From an uncultured virus (IMG/VR IMGVR_UViG_3300044630_006877) (Duplodnaviria; Heunggongvirae; Uroviricota; Caudoviricetes): a stretch of DNA of 20,000 nucleotides. Every line of letters starts with the position of its first letter. Position 1 is the first letter of the stretch. Both the position numbers and the translations under genes were made by a program. The stretch lies in the IMG/VR virus record IMGVR_UViG_3300044630_006877; one strand, 5' to 3'. A model generated the notes under the pieces. That model made no database searches, was not told the DNA's origin, and worked only from the letters and a program-made list of their open reading frames with translations. Positions 1 through 8,306 of the stretch are shown here, piece by piece.

Positions 1-114
1 GATAATGATGTGGCCACCAGCCCCGCTGGTGTTCGCATTACCGGCTTTAATCTGGACATCATCACCCGCCCCCGAAATGGCCTTGTCCTGGGCGGCTATT
101 ACTCTAGTTGCCAT
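1..114 (-). CDS. Putative virion structural/fibre-associated protein, N-terminal 38 aa only (runs off the window)
   Basis: ATG at 114 preceded by GGAG; open frame MATRVIAAQDKAISGAGDDVQIKAGNANTSGAGGHIII to the window edge; continues the minus-strand operon. Confidence 0.7.
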   Translation of the reverse strand, partial: MATRVIAAQDKAISGAGDDVQIKAGNANTSGAGGHIII

Positions 115-129
115 TTATCAAACTCCAGA

Positions 130-2097
130 TTAGACCAAGCCACTTGAGGGACCACCGCTTCCGCCGCCACCGCCACCGCCACCGCCCGCAGTGCCGATTC
201 GGACTAGGGAGACCTTCGACTGCCAGTAGATGGTCTTGTTGAGTTCGCCCGTGCAGTTGATCTTCAGGGCGTTGTTTCCTGTGTCGGCGGTCACGCTGGT
301 CGCCCAGTTCGCCGCTCCGGCGTCACGAGCATCAATATCCTGCGATGTCGATCCGACCATGGACGTAGTGCCGCCGGTAGAACGCTTGATCACCCCGGTA
401 AATCGAGTGCCAAAGCTATCACCTACCGTACCCGAGGTACCACCCGTTTGTGTTCCAAGAACCTTGGCTTCGTAATACCAGGTTTCGCCACTAGAAAGGC
501 CGAGCCGGACGCTGGAGCCATCCATAAACAAATCGACAGGGGAAGCGGAGGACGAAGTGTTGTAGGGGAAGAGATCGGTGTTCTTTGAGTTGTTGACGCC
601 GATCCAGCGATCCATCTGTCGGACAGGAATACCCGAGGCGCCAATCCCGAAATAGTTGTTCACCGAAGGGGTGATCTGGCTGGCGATCAAACCGCTGGCG
701 AAGGTCTTGACGCCGTTGACCGTCTGGCTGGTGTTGACGGTGACATAGGTCGCCGAAATATCGGGTATGTCCGACGCCGACAGCGAACCGGAGGACAGGT
801 TCGTGCCATCACTCTTCAGGATGCCTAAGGCAAAGCTGGTTTGACCCGTACCACCGTTGGCGATGGGGAGCGTGCCAGTAACAGCAGCTCCGCTGCTGAG
901 GTTGATTGATCCGAAGGCCGGAGAACCGCCGCCGGATGGAATACGCAACACTTGGTTGGCGGTGCCTGCCGCAGTCGCCTGGATGGCTGATGTGCCATTG
1001 CCTAAAAGAACACCGGCGCTGGTGAGTGTTGCAGCACCAGTACCACCATTGCTAACACCAAGCGTACCAGAGATATCTCCTGCTGGAATTTTTCCGTCGC
1101 TTGAGGCAGTAAGCCCAGTGCCGCCGTTGGCTTTGACATAACCAGTCAAATTTGTAAAAATCAGGGTGCCCGTAAAAGTCTTGGCCCCCGAGATCGTCTG
1201 AGTGCCCGACAAAGTCACATAGGTCGCCGAGATGTCGGGGATATCGCCCGAGGTCAGGGTAGCGTAACTCAGGCTGGTACCATTGCCCTTGAGGAAGCCA
1301 GTCCCCACCGTGGTCAGGCCTGTTCCGCCACTGGTCGTGGTAACCGGAGTGATCAACGAAATCGTGTTGCCTGACTTGGTCAGACCGGTTCCCGCTGTGA
1401 TCTGACCTGCGCCGGAAAACTGAGACCACACTAGGGCGGTGGTGCCCAGCACATAGGTGCCAGTCGGTTGTTGCAGCACCCAGCCGGTGGTTGCAGCGAT
1501 AGTGCCTTCTTCCACGAAGACGAATGCGCCACCGTTGAGCTTGGTCGTGCTGTCAGCGTCCGAGGCCCGCGTCATAGCTGAAGCAGCACCATTCCAGACA
1601 TAGATGCCGTTCTGGCTGGCTGTGGTCTGATCCTTCACCAGCACCCGGTCGCCCGAGACCATCGTCACACCGTCAATGGTGCCGCCAGGGGAGGATAGGT
1701 TCAGATTGGTGGTGGTGGCGACATGGACGGAGTTCTTAGGGTCCAAACCCTGCGAGACGGAATCCACATAGTTCTTTGTCGCCCCGTCCTGTGCATTGGT
1801 GGGGTCGGCAAGACCGGTGATCTTCTGGCTGTTGAAAGCAACAGCGGCGGTGGGGGCCGCCATCTGATCCAGCCTGCTCGTCCTAACCTGCGTGTCGAAA
1901 TCGCTGATCTTTGACGCAGTCAAAGTCGGAATGTCGGCAGCAATCAGCGTGACAAAGGTGAGCGTGCCCGAGCCGTTGGTCGAAAGAAGCTGGCGGTTGG
2001 TGCCGTCTGCTGCTGGCAGGATCAATAAAACAGATCCTGTGGCTGGAGCCTTGAGCGTGATTGATCCAGCTGGACTCTTATCAAAATTAATTGGCAC
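130..2097 (-). CDS. Modular fibre-like virion protein (655 aa)
   Basis: Gly/Thr/Ser-rich; ADP..AQD.ATKNYVD and GDRVLVKDQT..SQNGIY fibre-type motifs; GTL...NGGTG repeats; C-terminal domain paralogous to those of the two upstream genes; poly-Gly tail; GTG start overlapping the upstream stop. Confidence 0.8.
   Translation of the reverse strand: MPINFDKSPAGSITLKAPATGSVLLILPAADGTNRQLLSTNGSGTLTFVTLIAADIPTLTASKISDFDTQVRTSRLDQMAAPTAAVAFNSQKITGLADPTNAQDGATKNYVDSVSQGLDPKNSVHVATTTNLNLSSPGGTIDGVTMVSGDRVLVKDQTTASQNGIYVWNGAASAMTRASDADSTTKLNGGAFVFVEEGTIAATTGWVLQQPTGTYVLGTTALVWSQFSGAGQITAGTGLTKSGNTISLITPVTTTSGGTGLTTVGTGFLKGNGTSLSYATLTSGDIPDISATYVTLSGTQTISGAKTFTGTLIFTNLTGYVKANGGTGLTASSDGKIPAGDISGTLGVSNGGTGAATLTSAGVLLGNGTSAIQATAAGTANQVLRIPSGGGSPAFGSINLSSGAAVTGTLPIANGGTGQTSFALGILKSDGTNLSSGSLSASDIPDISATYVTVNTSQTVNGVKTFASGLIASQITPSVNNYFGIGASGIPVRQMDRWIGVNNSKNTDLFPYNTSSSASPVDLFMDGSSVRLGLSSGETWYYEAKVLGTQTGGTSGTVGDSFGTRFTGVIKRSTGGTTSMVGSTSQDIDARDAGAANWATSVTADTGNNALKINCTGELNKTIYWQSKVSLVRIGTAGGGGGGGGGSGGPSSGLV
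1363..1940 (-). repeat. Paralogous ~190-codon module, copy 1 (copy 2 at about 4703..5280)
   Basis: DIPTLTASKISDFDTQVRTSRLDQM...GQITAG.GLTKSGNT is highly similar in the 655-aa and 497-aa proteins, with many synonymous DNA differences. Confidence 0.9.
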
Positions 2098-3634
2098 GAC
2101 GCACCTCGACTGTTTTGACGGCTGCCACCCAGCGAATGGATTTGGCTGACTCGCCGGTTACCTGAATGCTGATCGCCCCATTAGTCGTATCCGTGGCAAC
2201 GGAAACATCCCAAGGAACTTCAGACTTGGAAATGCTGGTCTTGCTGACGCCGCCAATGAGGATGTCTACCGTGGCCGCACCGGTATTCCGGAAGGCCACT
2301 CCCTCAAAGCGAAACGCCGCCCTCTCCCCGATAGCATCTTCGCGCTGTGCGCTAACAAGAATATCAAAGAGATAGGTTGCGTTATCAGGTAATACAACCT
2401 GATTGCTGCCAGTCACCGACTGCCCGTCCGTGGTCAACCTTTCCACAGAGGCCGATTGGGTCAGCTTGTGAACAACATAGAGGCCGCACCTCGTGTTGAT
2501 TGATCCGGTCAGGAGGGGACCCTGCACTCGCAGATCCGATCCATTGGTAAATACACCCGTGGCTCCCGCAGGCAAACCAGCCAGGGCATATTGAACGGCT
2601 CCGTCCGCCCCCTGCGCCACGGAAGAACCGGCGCTGCCGCCCGAGACGACCCAGCGTGAGGCGACTGAGTCATAAGTCAAGTCCAGGCTTGTGTTTACGG
2701 GGACTATCGTGACGGATGTGTTCAGTTTCAGGCGATTTCCGACGACGCTGTCGACATCGTTGCTGCTCACCACAAGATTGGCGGTGCCGACATTGAACAG
2801 GCTGACTTTCCTGCCGTCGGCGTGGGAACCGCTGGTGGGGGCGGCGATGCCGGTCAAAGTCGTGGTGGAGGTGACATTCAGCCGGACGAACGAGGCGGCT
2901 TCAATCGCAAGATTGTTGGCATTCCCGCCCGCAAGGGTGAGCGTGGTGGACGGCGACGAGAAAGAGCCGCCCGCCGTCGAACCATCGGTGACCTTCAGGA
3001 TGCCCTTGACCGCCCGCTCAATGCCGACATCGGGAGCGCCCGAGCCGGAAGTCGCCAGCGTCGAGACCTTGCGCGGCCACAACAGCTTCGGGTTGACGAC
3101 ATCAAACGAGGAGAAGTCTTCCTGGAAGACGCCCTGACCGTTGACGAACAGCCCGTTGGAAATCAGCGGCCCGACAATGGCGGTGGCGGGACCGGACGAA
3201 AGGCTCTGGCCGATGTGGACCGAGCAGAGTGTGGCGGTGCCGCTTTGCAAGAGGATCGACTTGCCCGAGCCTGTCTGGCCAGACACCAGAAGCACCTTGT
3301 CGGTGTCGAAGGCGAAGTAGAAGTCGGCGTTGGTCGGGGAGACGCCGCCCGAGGCCACGAGGTAGATCCTGCCGTAGTAGTCGGAGGGGGCCGTGCCGGG
3401 TCCTCCCGGCTTTTTGCCGGGGGCGAGCAGGATGTGCCCGCCCGATCCCGTGACCGTTCTCTCGGGGCCGATGATGGGCAGGGAATTGCCGCCCGTATCA
3501 ACCGACTGGTCAAGCCCGTTGCGGATCAGCTGGTAAAGCCTGGATCGGGTCGCTGGCCCGCTGCTGATCGTCGAGACCACCCAGTCGTTATTGACGGGTG
3601 TGCGATCCCCAAGCTGGTCGATTCTTTTAGCCAT
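2087..3634 (-). CDS. Fibre-like/structural virion protein (515 aa)
   Basis: Start revised to ATG 3634 (MAKRIDQL), which overlaps the upstream stop as TAATG; beta-rich sequence; shared C-terminal domain LPDNATYLFDI...IRWVAAVKTVEV. Confidence 0.75.
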   Translation of the reverse strand: MAKRIDQLGDRTPVNNDWVVSTISSGPATRSRLYQLIRNGLDQSVDTGGNSLPIIGPERTVTGSGGHILLAPGKKPGGPGTAPSDYYGRIYLVASGGVSPTNADFYFAFDTDKVLLVSGQTGSGKSILLQSGTATLCSVHIGQSLSSGPATAIVGPLISNGLFVNGQGVFQEDFSSFDVVNPKLLWPRKVSTLATSGSGAPDVGIERAVKGILKVTDGSTAGGSFSSPSTTLTLAGGNANNLAIEAASFVRLNVTSTTTLTGIAAPTSGSHADGRKVSLFNVGTANLVVSSNDVDSVVGNRLKLNTSVTIVPVNTSLDLTYDSVASRWVVSGGSAGSSVAQGADGAVQYALAGLPAGATGVFTNGSDLRVQGPLLTGSINTRCGLYVVHKLTQSASVERLTTDGQSVTGSNQVVLPDNATYLFDILVSAQREDAIGERAAFRFEGVAFRNTGAATVDILIGGVSKTSISKSEVPWDVSVATDTTNGAISIQVTGESAKSIRWVAAVKTVEVRRAN

Positions 3635-4281
3635 TAGGCCGTGACCTCCGTGATCTTGACGGTGGCCACCCAACGGATGGTCTTGGCTGCCTGGCCCGTG
3701 ACGGTGACGACCATGCGCCCGTTGGTGGCGTCAGCCGTGACATTGCAGTCCCAGGCGTCGGTTGTCTTCGCCACGGTGGTCTTGCCGACGGTGCCGACAA
3801 GGGCGGTCGTGGCTGCGGTGGCGTCGCGGGAAATGCAGCCCGAAAAATGCCAGGCTCCATGCTCGCCGGTCGTGTCCGTCCTGCGGGCCACCACCTGGAT
3901 GTCGAAATTGAATGTGGCGTTGTTGGGGAGGACGAAGGTGTTGGAGTTGCTGGCGGCGGCCCCGTCCAGACTCAGCTCTGCGGCGGTGGCCGTGCTGGTT
4001 GAGAAGCGCAGGTTGCCGATGCGGTGCTGGGCGTCTCCCGTCGCCGCAAAGGTGCCGTTCGCATAGGCGTTGCAGGTGACAGAGCGGGCTGTCGCCCCGA
4101 CGCCGACGACCACAAGGCCATACTGATTGAACGGAACGAGCTTGAGGACGGTGCCCGATTCATTCTTCGTGAACAGGACGCCGTCTGCCGTGTTGATCGC
4201 CAACTCGCCGGTTGAGAGAGAACCAGCGGCTGGAGATACCCCTGCCGCAATGTTTCTCTTCAGCCGGATCGTATTGGCCAT
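3634..4281 (-). CDS. Short fibre-like protein (215 aa): MANTIRLKR...GELAIN N-module plus the shared C-terminal domain
   Basis: N-terminus paralogous to 4281..5774; C-terminus paralogous to 130..2097 and 2087..3634; TAATG overlaps at both ends. Confidence 0.75.
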   Translation of the reverse strand: MANTIRLKRNIAAGVSPAAGSLSTGELAINTADGVLFTKNESGTVLKLVPFNQYGLVVVGVGATARSVTCNAYANGTFAATGDAQHRIGNLRFSTSTATAAELSLDGAAASNSNTFVLPNNATFNFDIQVVARRTDTTGEHGAWHFSGCISRDATAATTALVGTVGKTTVAKTTDAWDCNVTADATNGRMVVTVTGQAAKTIRWVATVKITEVTA

Positions 4282-5774
4282 TAGAACGAGCCGCCGTCAA
4301 GGGTGCTGTTGGGGTCGAGGTAATCGGTACCGGCGGTGGCGGCGCTGATCGCCGAAGTGCCGTTCCCCTTGAGAATACCCGTCAGGGTGGTGGCCCCCGT
4401 ACCGCCGTTGGCCACGGCCACGGTGCCTGTCACATTGGCGGCGTTGCCGGAGATGTTGCCGGTGATATCCGAGCCAGGAATCGTTGAGGAGCCTGTGAAG
4501 GCCGACGTGCCGTTGCCCTTGAGGTAGCCGGTCAGGGTCGACGCGCCCGATCCACCGTAGGAGACAGAGATGACGGTGCCGTTCCAGGTGCCGGTTGCGA
4601 TGGTGCCGACCGTGGTGATCGTGTTTTGTCCAGCGTAGGTGCTGGCGATGTCGATGGAGTCGGCGTTAACCGTGATGCGGTTGGCGGTGCCCACCACATC
4701 GAGGGTGTTGCCGCTCTTGGTCAAACCGGCCCCAGCCGTGATCTGGCCGGTGCCGCTGAACTGCACGAAGGTCAGGGCGCTGGTGCCCAGCACATAGGAA
4801 CCGGTTGGCTTTTGCAGCACGAAGCCGTCGTTGGTATCGCTGCCTTCCTCGACGAAGAAGAAAGCGCCGCCGTTGAGTTTGGTCGTCGAATCCGAATCGG
4901 TGGCCCTGGTCATCAAGGCGGCTGCGCCGTTGTAGACATAGATGCCGTTTTCGGAAGCGGTTGTCTGCGACTTGACCAAGACGCGGTCGCCATTGACCAT
5001 GGTCACGCCGTCGATGGTCGAGCCGGGCGCCGACAGGGTCAGGTTCGACTGGGTGGCGACCCGGACGGACTGCTTGGGGTCCAGTCCAGCCGACAGGGAG
5101 TCTACATAGTTCTTGGTGGCTGCGTCCTGGGCGTTGACGGGGTCGGCCAGGCTGATGATGCGCTGGCTGTTGAAGCCGACCGAAGCCGACGGGGCGGACA
5201 TCTGATCGAGGCGGCTGGTACGGACTTGAGTGTCGAAGTCCGAAATCTTTGACGCAGTCAAAGTGGGGATGTCGGAGGCGGCGAGCGTGGTCGCCGAAGT
5301 GATCAGACCCTTGGCGTTGACGGTGACCTTGGTGTAGGTGCCTGCCGTTGCACCCGAGTTGGCCAGGGTCAGCGTGATGGAGCTGGTGCCCGAGCCGGTG
5401 GCATCACCGAAGACATTGATCGTCTGATTGCCGGTGATGTATCCCTGATTGCGAACCCAGGCGGTCGTGGCGAGCTTGGTGCTGTTGTCGTTGGCTGTGA
5501 CGGTTAGAGCGGTGGTGGTGCTCTGGAAGTCGATGGTGCCGGTGAAATTAACGGCTTTGCTTAGCGTGGCCGTCCCAGCACCCGCCAACGCCAGATAGGC
5601 GCCTTCGCCCGCAATGGCGATGACCGAACCGGCCGTACCACCCGCCCCGCCCGTGCCGAAGCCGTAGTAGAGGACCTTGTCGACTTCGTTGAATGCCAAC
5701 TCCGCATTGTACAGCGAGGTAGGTGCTCCGGTCGCCCCGGAAGTCCTGCGCTTGATCCTGATCGTGTTCGCCAT
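4281..5774 (-). CDS. Modular fibre-like virion protein (497 aa)
   Basis: MANTIRIKR...AELAFN N-module; GTYTKVTVNAKGLIT fibre repeat; ~190-aa module shared with 130..2097; ends LDGGSF. Confidence 0.8.
   Translation of the reverse strand: MANTIRIKRRTSGATGAPTSLYNAELAFNEVDKVLYYGFGTGGAGGTAGSVIAIAGEGAYLALAGAGTATLSKAVNFTGTIDFQSTTTALTVTANDNSTKLATTAWVRNQGYITGNQTINVFGDATGSGTSSITLTLANSGATAGTYTKVTVNAKGLITSATTLAASDIPTLTASKISDFDTQVRTSRLDQMSAPSASVGFNSQRIISLADPVNAQDAATKNYVDSLSAGLDPKQSVRVATQSNLTLSAPGSTIDGVTMVNGDRVLVKSQTTASENGIYVYNGAAALMTRATDSDSTTKLNGGAFFFVEEGSDTNDGFVLQKPTGSYVLGTSALTFVQFSGTGQITAGAGLTKSGNTLDVVGTANRITVNADSIDIASTYAGQNTITTVGTIATGTWNGTVISVSYGGSGASTLTGYLKGNGTSAFTGSSTIPGSDITGNISGNAANVTGTVAVANGGTGATTLTGILKGNGTSAISAATAGTDYLDPNSTLDGGSF
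4703..5280 (-). repeat. Paralogous ~190-codon module, copy 2
   Basis: Direct comparison of translations with about 1363..1940. Confidence 0.9.
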
Positions 5775-6040
5775 TACCAGTTGCCTCCATCAAGAATGTG
5801 TTCGTTCGTCCACTTCTGGTCGCCAGAGCGGAACATGAGGACGTCATTACCCGACGGGGCCGCTACCTGAACGTCCGTGAGACCAGCAAGGGTCCTGCCG
5901 ACAGGGGGAATGAGGGGTAGGAGATCGGCAGAGGTGAACTTGCCGGAGGAGGCGTCGAAGTAAACGACTTGGCCGGACTGCGGGACGCCGGTAAAGTCGT
6001 CCTGATCCTGAATTCTGGTGACGATCCGGTAGGCGTTCAT
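5774..6040 (-). CDS. Small structural/adaptor-like protein (88 aa)
   Basis: Start revised to ATG 6040 (MNAYRIV) with GGAGG RBS; contains L..LTDV......NDVL.F......W.N, a pattern common in phage fibre proteins; ends LDGGNW. Confidence 0.7.
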   Translation of the reverse strand: MNAYRIVTRIQDQDDFTGVPQSGQVVYFDASSGKFTSADLLPLIPPVGRTLAGLTDVQVAAPSGNDVLMFRSGDQKWTNEHILDGGNW

Positions 6041-6056
6041 CTGTATCCTCCACCGG

Positions 6057-6066
6057 AATTTACACC
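6057..6066 (-). promoter_or_regulatory. Putative late promoter GGTGTAAATT
   Basis: GGTGTA lies 20 nt upstream of ATG 6040, just after the capsid terminator; the motif recurs before other late genes. Confidence 0.6.
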
Positions 6067-6068
6067 TT

Positions 6069-6100
6069 ATAAAGCACAAGGGCAGCCTTGCGGCTGCCCT
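6069..6100 (-). terminator. Hairpin/weak intrinsic terminator after the major capsid gene
   Basis: AGGGCAGCC-GCAA-GGCTGCCCT is a perfect 9-bp stem with a GNRA loop, followed by TGTGCTTTAT. Confidence 0.75.
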
Positions 6101-6128
6101 CGCATGAGTTCTGTTGTCAGGCTTCCCG

Positions 6129-7148
6129 TTACAGGGCGCCCAAGAGAACGCGGCGGTTGTCGAGGATCGAGAAACCGTACTCACCGAAGCCATAGAAGCC
6201 AGCGCGACGCTGACGATGGAAGGTGGGGTCCTCGAACACTTCGATTTCCTGGCGCCATGGCATCACGAAGGAGTCGTCCTTGGTGAGGTCGAGGCCGACG
6301 GCAAGCTCAAGCTTCTCGTCGTTGCCGCTGCCGAAGTCCAGGGTGCCGCCGAGGGTGCTGGTGAAGTAGGTCTGATAGTCCTGACCCACGCCCAACTCGT
6401 CAATGTCGTGCAGGTTCACACCAAAGATCTTGGTGAGACCGTACTCGCTATTGCCTTCGCCGGACAGCATGATCTCGCGACGGGTGAAGTCGTCGACTTG
6501 GCTCAGGTCCCAAGAGCGCATGTCTTCCAGCGCTTCTGGGCTGACGTACAAGTCGGACAGTTGACCGCGGTTGACCGAGGTGCTGTTACCGCCAGCGTTG
6601 CGGCGCATGATGGTTTTCATCAGGGCGACGAGACGCTTGGTGAACAGGCCGGGTGTTGCGGCGCTGTCGTACACCGTCAAGCTGCGGCTGCTGCCAGCCG
6701 ACAGGATGGTGCGCCAGCCGTCATCATTCATCTTGCGGATGAAGGAAGCCTCGAGGACCTGCATGCAGCGGCCCACGATGTCCCAACGGGCGTCGCGAGC
6801 GTACTTCAGGGCGAAGTCGATCGAGTCGGCCACTTCGTAGGTCGGAACCATCACGAAGTCACCGCTGACATGCTTCTCGGGGATGCGACCCTGAGCAGGC
6901 ACGGTGTAGGCCACGAAGTCCTTCTCGGTTCCTGGAGCCAGGAAGTCGAGGGGGAACTCAACAGCGGTACCGGGCGCGAAATAAATCGGCTGGTAGATGC
7001 CGCTGACGATGTCACCCTTCAGGACGCCCTGACGGAGCGGCATGGTGAGGGCTTTGGCCAATTCAGCCTGGGCTGCGCTGGCAGTCTCGAAACCGTGGTC
7101 GCCAGCACGCCGAAGCAGGGCAACCATCTCATCACTGGGCTTCTTCAT
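6129..7148 (-). CDS. Major capsid protein (probable HK97 fold, 339 aa)
   Basis: Position after protease/scaffold and decoration-like genes; size; AAGGAG RBS; strong codon bias; downstream terminator; capsid-like C-terminus (LYVSPE..., GFYGFGEYGFSILDNRRV). Confidence 0.85.
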   Translation of the reverse strand: MKKPSDEMVALLRRAGDHGFETASAAQAELAKALTMPLRQGVLKGDIVSGIYQPIYFAPGTAVEFPLDFLAPGTEKDFVAYTVPAQGRIPEKHVSGDFVMVPTYEVADSIDFALKYARDARWDIVGRCMQVLEASFIRKMNDDGWRTILSAGSSRSLTVYDSAATPGLFTKRLVALMKTIMRRNAGGNSTSVNRGQLSDLYVSPEALEDMRSWDLSQVDDFTRREIMLSGEGNSEYGLTKIFGVNLHDIDELGVGQDYQTYFTSTLGGTLDFGSGNDEKLELAVGLDLTKDDSFVMPWRQEIEVFEDPTFHRQRRAGFYGFGEYGFSILDNRRVLLGAL

Positions 7149-7177
7149 CTCATTGATCTCCTTGAGAGGTTACCGGG

Positions 7178-7642
7178 TTACGCCTGGGGAAGGTCGATGT
7201 AAACCTTCACAAAGCCATCGGCGTCCACCTTGTTGGCGAACTGGCCGACCTTGGGATTGGTGCTGGCCACGGTGGTCAGCTTGCCGCTTGCGCCGAGGTA
7301 GGCGGTCACACCGGAGTCGATTGAGCTGGCTTGGCCAGACACGATCATGTCGGTGACAACCCAGCCCTTTTTCAGCAGGGGAGCCTTCTCACCCACGACT
7401 TGCTCGTCGCGCTGGAAGTTCTTCTTCTGGCGGGTCTGGTCGATATTGACGAAAGCCGCGAGGCTGACGCCGACAGGAACCTTGCCGGATGGGTTGGCCA
7501 CAACGGTTGCAACACCAGGCGTATAAAGCGCGGTGCCGCTACCTGCGGTGCTGTAAACCAATACAGCTCCCTTTTCGTGAACATCATTGCACACGAGGGA
7601 GATGTCGGTCTCCAGAATGTGACGATCAGGTTTAAGTGCCAT
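7178..7642 (-). CDS. Putative capsid decoration/cement protein (154 aa)
   Basis: Lies between scaffold and capsid genes; beta-rich with G..AYLGASGKLT and VGQF...D.DGFVKVYIDL; TAAGGAG RBS. Confidence 0.65.
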   Translation of the reverse strand: MALKPDRHILETDISLVCNDVHEKGAVLVYSTAGSGTALYTPGVATVVANPSGKVPVGVSLAAFVNIDQTRQKKNFQRDEQVVGEKAPLLKKGWVVTDMIVSGQASSIDSGVTAYLGASGKLTTVASTNPKVGQFANKVDADGFVKVYIDLPQA

Positions 7643-7670
7643 CTCTCTCGTCTCCTTATAAGTGAGAAAA

Positions 7671-8306
7671 CTACTCGGCTTCAGTCTTGCTCTCAGGCTC
7701 GTCCGCGTTAAAAAACGCAGCGATCTGAGCGGCCACCTTGTTCACACTTTGGTTAGCCGCGGTCCCCGCGAGGGCCGGTTCCTCGCTCGGGATGACGTTC
7801 TCAAGAACGGTAGCAACCACAGAAGCTGCTTCCGGTGGAATGGAACCCTTGTCCATGCGGATGGTGGCCACAGGGGCTGGCTTGGCAGGATTGGCCTCGC
7901 CAAGGCCCTTGGGGGCGGGGGTGATTTCAGATGCGACCTTTTTCAACTCTTCCACCTGAGCCTTGAGGGCCTCGATGGTGGCGGTCAGGTCTTCGGAAGC
8001 CTTGGCCTTGCTGGCCGCTTCCTTGTAGGCGGCGAGTTTGACCGCAAGGTAATCGTTGGTGGCTGCGACTGCGGCGTCGAACTGCTCGTCGGTGAGCGTC
8101 GACAACACAGAGGCGATGGCTACCGCGTGAACCTGCTCGGCTTCCAGCTTCTCGACCACCGAGGCGGTCAGGCGGGCCAGACGCTGCTCGGCTTCGATCT
8201 TCGCCAGCTTCTCGGCTGCGACGACCAATTGAGCTTCGAGTTTCTCGTTCTTGGCTTTGGCCTCAGCGGCTTCCGCCTCGATCTTTTGGACTTCTTCAGC
8301 ATTCAT
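7671..8306 (-). CDS. Nested in-frame scaffold protein (211 aa) from an internal start
   Basis: AGAGGAG-9nt-ATG at 8306, exactly where the coiled-coil region begins (MNAEEVQKIEAEAAEAKAK). Confidence 0.65.
   Translation of the reverse strand: MNAEEVQKIEAEAAEAKAKNEKLEAQLVVAAEKLAKIEAEQRLARLTASVVEKLEAEQVHAVAIASVLSTLTDEQFDAAVAATNDYLAVKLAAYKEAASKAKASEDLTATIEALKAQVEELKKVASEITPAPKGLGEANPAKPAPVATIRMDKGSIPPEAASVVATVLENVIPSEEPALAGTAANQSVNKVAAQIAAFFNADEPESKTEAE

Noticed and set aside
1363..5280. DGR template/variable repeat pair
   Set aside because: Both copies are coding, differences are largely synonymous and not adenine-specific, and there is no reverse transcriptase in the window
6041..6193. N-terminal extension of the 139-aa ORF call
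   Set aside because: It overlaps the capsid gene end, terminator and promoter motif; ATG 6040 has a proper RBS
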